Shown one piece after another: positions 54,001 to 64,000 of a stretch of DNA of 64,000 bases. The position numbers were made by a program, and so were the translations under genes. The notes beneath the pieces were generated by a model that worked only from the letters and a program-made list of their open reading frames with translations, searched no databases and was not told where the DNA came from. The first letter of the stretch is position 1. Every line of letters begins with the position of its first letter. The stretch is from the human T2T-CHM13v2.0 reference genome, Homo sapiens. Location of the stretch: NCBI RefSeq assembly GCF_009914755.1, contig NC_060934.1. The stretch is one strand, 5' to 3'.

Positions 54001-55599
54001 TGCATATTTCAAAATAAAATACACAACAAAACTTAACTTTTCAGTTTAAAAAAACTGTCTAAATATATGCAGAGAAAATAAACTACACAACCACGAACCA
54101 GTGGTTATCTTGAAGGTGAAGGATCTTCAAAGATCTTTCCTTTTCTGCTATATGTTGCTGAACTGCTTTTTTCTTTCTGTACAATGCATATGCATTACCT
54201 ATCTGGGGGGAAAACAATTTCCTACTAAACCAAAAAGTGCCTATAAGTTATCACACAAACATACTTGTAATGCTGTTATAATAAAGATATGCAATACAAT
54301 CACAGTGATACGAAAATATAGCAACAGCTTCTACGAACACATTATGACTTTTCTATAAGACACAACGTACACGGGAACAAGACATTCTGGGGAGAAACAC
54401 ATCAAGAAACTTCTCAGGTTCCCACAACAATCCACATAATTTATAAAATACTCTGAAGCTATTATTTTATATCTAAGTTACATCCTTCCTGTACTATGAT
54501 GAGATGTGTCCCTTAGGATCATACATTTAGAAGACAAAATTTGACACAAATACATTCAAATCTCTATCAAATATGAAATCATCTCATTTATCCAGCAAAA
54601 TCAGAGTATGGGGTATTTCTAATAAATAAACTTTCTAATATTAGTAACTGAAATTTAACCCTTTAAGCACCAAACCTTTTTACTTTGGAGGGATTTTTCC
54701 TAAAAAGTATCTATGCATCTGCACCCTCTTAAACCAATGCTACAATTGAATCTTCACTTGACATTTTGGGGCCATTGTGTTGACCATCGATTATCATTTC
54801 TAGAATTCTTATGAACATAAATTACTAGGATTTAGTGGAGAAATATATGCCCCTTCCTCAAAGCACCCTTGACTGCTATATAGTGAATTTTTTTTTTTTT
54901 CAAGTATGAAGGTAGTTTTAAATTTCTTCATCAGGCTGTCAGTGTTCACTGGCTAAGTTCGGACGTCTATCCAGGCTTTTTTCTAATATAATGCCATTAG
55001 TTACAGCCTGGGAAGCCAGGTAACTAAACTAATTAGAATTACAGGTAAATTAATAAGGACTTCCTGAGTAAGCACTAGAGGCCCTCCTATAAGAAATACC
55101 ATACATTGTTTGCCGTCGATTTTGGCTGCTGAGGATGATTTAGCTTCCCACTGCCTTTTCTCTCTAGTACCCCAAGATGTTTTTTTCAATGAGCTAAGGC
55201 CGCTCTACAACTCTAAGTTAACTCCAGACAAGTCAGGTGTTGCCATCTACAGTGATTTCTAGCTGGATCTGACTCCGCCACTCATTACGTGTAAAAAGAC
55301 ACTGGGGAATGGAACGGTTGTCAAAATGCCCAGTTAACGACAACAAATATAAACTTTTCTTCGTATACCCTTCGCAGTAAAGTAGCAACAGCAATCGCAA
55401 CCAAAATTTACTAAGCTCGCCTGCAGGATTCTCAGCCCTGTGTACAAACTCAAGTAGCTCAATATTTCTTGCTGGCTCTGGCACAGGAGCAGATCCAGAC
55501 TAGATGGGTTCTAAAGTCATCCCAACAGGAAAACTAAGCTATGAACATTAAATCTTATCTCTGAAAGAGAGAATGAGGGTAGCACAGGAGTTAGAACCA

Positions 55600-57150
55600 A
55601 CTTCTGTGCAAGCGAGCACTCCCCGACGCACCGGAAGTTTTGAAATATCCTGTGGGCTTCCCACAGGCAAAGTGGTTTTCCCTCCCCGCGGCTCTGCGGG
55701 CCCTCCCCAGGGTTCGAGGACCTCCGAGTTTGCTGCGCCCGGGGCCGGGGCCCTGGCCCTGCCACAGGCTGGGAGCGAGGCCGTCAATCACAGCCCGCGA
55801 ATCACAGCCCGCGCCCCACGACTTCACCTTGGCGGCTCCCAAGCTGCGACTCGGGCAGGTGGGAGGTACCTGCGGCCCGGCTCCTGCCCCTGCCTGCTGC
55901 GACCGGGGGAGAGGCTGTCCCAGCTGGGGCCGGTGCAGGCCCCGGGGCCCCGTCTCGGGCCACGCGAGCCCTCGAGATGGTACCGCGTGGGGGCCGCGCG
56001 GCGGGGCCCTGCCCCGGGGCCCGGCAAACTCGGCTGCCCGCCCGGCCCGCCCCCCGGCGCCGCCACTCACCGAAGAATCCCTGCACGATTCCCAGCGGGT
56101 GGCTGAGCCAATCCTCCCCACACGGCATCTCGCCAGGGGCCGGGGCCGGCGAAGACCGGGCGGAGGCGATCCGCGGGCCGAGCGCGGCCGGGCGGCCGGC
56201 GCCCAGCTCCTCTTCAGCGGCTCGGCCGCTCCTCGCCCGCGTTCGCTCGCGCCCTCCCACGCACAGCGAGCCGCGGGGCGCGGGCCTCCCGCGCCTCAGG
56301 GAGCGGCGGCTGCGGTGGGGCCGCCGAGGAGCTGCTGGCGACAGTCAGGCGGGCGCGTACGGGCCCCTAGCCTTCACTTCGCACAATGGCGGGAAATAGC
56401 CGCCGCCGACCGCGCTGCCTGCGACCTGGGTGGAGCTCGCGTGGGGAGGGGCGGCGGGAGCGCGCGGCGCAGCGCGGCTCTGCGCGGCGAGGAGGAGGGG
56501 CGGCGGCGGCGCCGCCATCTTGGAGACGGGCAAAAGGAAGGGCACGCAGCGCCGCTGGAGGCTGCGCAGCGCGGGGCCCGGCGACGCGCTCCAAGGGCGG
56601 CGCGTTGTCGTTTGTACCCCTGGGCCGGCGTGTAGCGGGAACTCCCATAGTGGGCTTATAAGAGGGCAAAGCGAGTCTGCACAACAGCTGAAAAGCATTA
56701 AGCTCAGAGACCTCAGAGTCATCTCTGGGCAAAATTAGTGGGCGAAACCGCCTTGGGAATCCGCCCACCTCCTCTTCGTGCCTTTTTTTTCTTTTTTTGC
56801 TGATGGCAGCACTTTTATTTGGGTCCCCGGCCCGAAACCCTGAGTGGTGACTTTTCCCTCAGCTGCACAAGGTCTCCCTGAGGAAGGTGCACATTTAGAG
56901 AAGGGGAACCTCGGAGGACCCCACGCTCCTTCTGCAGTCGCGTCAGGCCCTGTGGCTCAGGGACGGTTCCTTACCGAGGGGCGGGCGCTCTAAACGCTCC
57001 GGGCCCGGCCTGCGCCCTGGTTGCGAACACCGGGTCGGCGTCTGTCTGGAAGCTGGCAGCCGCCGTCGGGGAGCGGTGCGAGGCTCCTGCACTGCGCGCC
57101 GCTAGGATACCCTGGAGAAGGAAGCTACGAAGACCGACTACAGCAGCCTT
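55600..57150 (-). promoter_or_regulatory. MCMBP: MCMBP CpG-island promoter
   Basis: Very GC/CpG-rich; E2F site TTTCCCGCC (56388-56396, -); YY1 motif CAAGATGGCGGC (56511-56522, -); GC boxes. Confidence 0.9.
56071..56128 (-). CDS. MCMBP: MCMBP exon 1 coding part, MPCGEDWLSHPLGIVQGFF (mini-chromosome maintenance complex-binding protein; 642/640 aa overall)
   Basis: ATG at 56128; TCG|gtgagt donor; all 16 exons join in one frame. Confidence 0.96.
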
Positions 57151-57432
57151 TTGCTGAGGCAATTTGGAAAATACCCAAGTTCAAGAGTGAAACTGTGGGA
57201 GTCGCTCTGAACCTCTTCTGGTTCAGGAGGCTGTCCGATAAAAAAGAAAAAAAGAATGAAACTGTGTCTCCCCTGGGCCTGAAATGTACCTAAGAAAACC
57301 CCAGGCCCATCAGATATATCTACTCAATGAAAAAAGGGCATGGTGACGGAAGGGGAATGACCTGAATGGAATCTACAAAGTGAGGAGCTGAAGGAAAAAA
57401 ACGGAACCCGTGTCTCAAACCCTCCTTGGGGC

Positions 57433-59470
<2,038 letters not shown>

Positions 59471-59605
59471 CTCTGTGAAAACTTCTTTTGGTTTCTTCCT
59501 TGGTAGAGTATTTAGTGATTTATAAAAAAAAAATTGCTCGGATTTTACTTAAGGAGACACTGTGATCCTTCTGAAATGTAATTATTTTATAATGTGAATA
59601 ATTTA

Positions 59606-59800
<195 letters not shown>

Positions 59801-59999
59801 CTAAAAATAATAACAATGACAATAATAATAAGTAGTCATGAAAATGTAAAAGGCCAGGGGAGTGTTCATGAAGGTCTGTTTCTATGGCAAGATTTCTTTT
59901 TTCCCACTATCAGTAACCACACTTCTGCCCCGACCGCGAGCCTGTATTTTTATGGAGGGCATTAAGTAACTCTGTCTATAAAAAATTACTGAGAGAGCA

Positions 60000-60318
<319 letters not shown>

Positions 60319-60492
60319 TTACTGAGAGAGCACTGGAAATATGGGGTGAAAAAAGAGATTCCATCTCTGCCCTCATGGAACATACAGTCTAGCAGAAGAC
60401 TTATTACTAATTACTCACGAGAGGTGCTAGGCAAGAACAGATGAATATTTATAAGAGGAATAAACAGATGTGTATATGTTCTAGTGAGGGAA

Positions 60493-61222
<730 letters not shown>

Positions 61223-62344
61223 AAGAGAATGGGGAAGAATTGTGGGGTAGGAGAAAAGGATGCTTCAGGGCTTCTCTGAAAATGTGACACTTACACTAGA
61301 ATTTGAAAGATAAATAACAGTAAATTAGGTGAAAATTGTGGGGGAAAGATTTTTAAGCTTTAAGACTGCAAAAACAAAAACTTGTACAGGAAAACTAAAA
61401 TAGTTACAATTTAGTATATGACTTGCTATTAAAAGTGTTTACATAGTCACAATAAAGTTAAAATTTGAACATTGATCTAACCAACTTTATAGTTAACTAT
61501 ATTGGGAGGCTGGGGGGATGCGAAGGACTCACATATGTGATGATGACCAAGAAGATAAAAAAGAGAAAAATCCTAATCTTTCTTCTGAAAAATTAACAGA
61601 TAATACAATGGAGGAAAAAAGGAAAAATTACAAGTAGCAATGGAATCATGTTAATTTAGAAATATAGCAATACTGAAAGAATCAGCTTAAAGAGGTAAAA
61701 GTAGTTGCCTCCAGGTTGCGCTAAATGGGGTAAACATTTGCTAGTTTTCTGTGTACTTATCAAAAATGCAATCCCAACTAGATTTTCCACTAGGTTATAA
61801 GATCCCTGAAGCAATGATTTTGGTATTTGTATGTTTTGTTTCCCAGCACCTAGAATAGTACCTGATTTATAAAAGATGCTCAATGAATAGTTGCTGAATG
61901 AATAATGCCCACTTTCTATAAACTGCCTAAATATCATCTCTAGATATTTAGACACATCAGATATTTAGACACACTACTTCATTTTCTTGGACCTCTTTTC
62001 CAGAGTCTTTTGACCTATTCCAATCTGGACTTGCTGCCTTTTACTTCTGGTCCAAAATCGTCTTCCTAGGATCTTCTACCACCATTACCTTAAAGATTAT
62101 CTTTTTTTCCTCTTTTTTCTTTTTATTGAGGCCTCAGAAAAAAACTGTTCTCCTCTTCTTCCATAGTTACAGATAGGTTGCCCAGCGAAGAACTGCATTT
62201 CTCACCTATAGAGATGTAGCTGAGGTTGGTTTCCTAGCAAGGAACCACATTTCCCAGACTTCTTTGCAGCCAGATAAGGCTGTGTGATTAAGTTCTTACC
62301 AGTGAACTCTGAGTGAGTGAGATGTTTGGAACTCCCACTTCTAT

Positions 62345-63985
<1,641 letters not shown>

Positions 63986-64000
63986 AAGAGATGTTAGAAC

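Noticed and set aside
56129-56260. In-frame GTG-initiated N-terminal extension of MCMBP
   Set aside because: An open frame is expected in GC-rich leaders; there is no evidence of use.
55573-56768. Long overlapping ORFs (up to 331 aa) on both strands at the MCMBP promoter
   Set aside because: Arg/Gly/Ala/Pro-rich products are expected from stop-poor GC-rich CpG-island DNA; no recognisable domain. Only the MPCGEDW... segment is real.

Overview
Vertebrate, primate-type (Alu-rich) genomic DNA that I recognise as the human INPP5F-MCMBP region (chr10q26.11). On the + strand are the last five coding exons and 3' UTR of INPP5F (SAC2). Upstream of them, within an INPP5F intron, lie a PHACTR2-like processed pseudogene fragment (- strand, at the window edge) and a CpG island with five ZFP57 TGCCGC motifs, the imprinted INPP5F_v2 promoter. 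The exon from this island carries an intact, intronless VMA21-like membrane-protein ORF (2394/2481-2714). A second AUG (3067) splices in frame into INPP5F to give a 522-aa isoform lacking the Sac phosphatase domain, so the imprinted mRNA is potentially bicistronic. On the - strand is the complete 16-exon MCMBP gene (ATG 56128, stop 15057). It has a U12-type AT-AC intron, a tandem GTAAGT-GTAAGT donor, and a CpG-island promoter with E2F and YY1 motifs. The rest is Alu, L1, MIR, MaLR/ERV LTR and DNA-transposon relics. Exon boundaries were read by hand and checked for frame continuity. Protein and repeat family names come from recalled sequences, not database searches.
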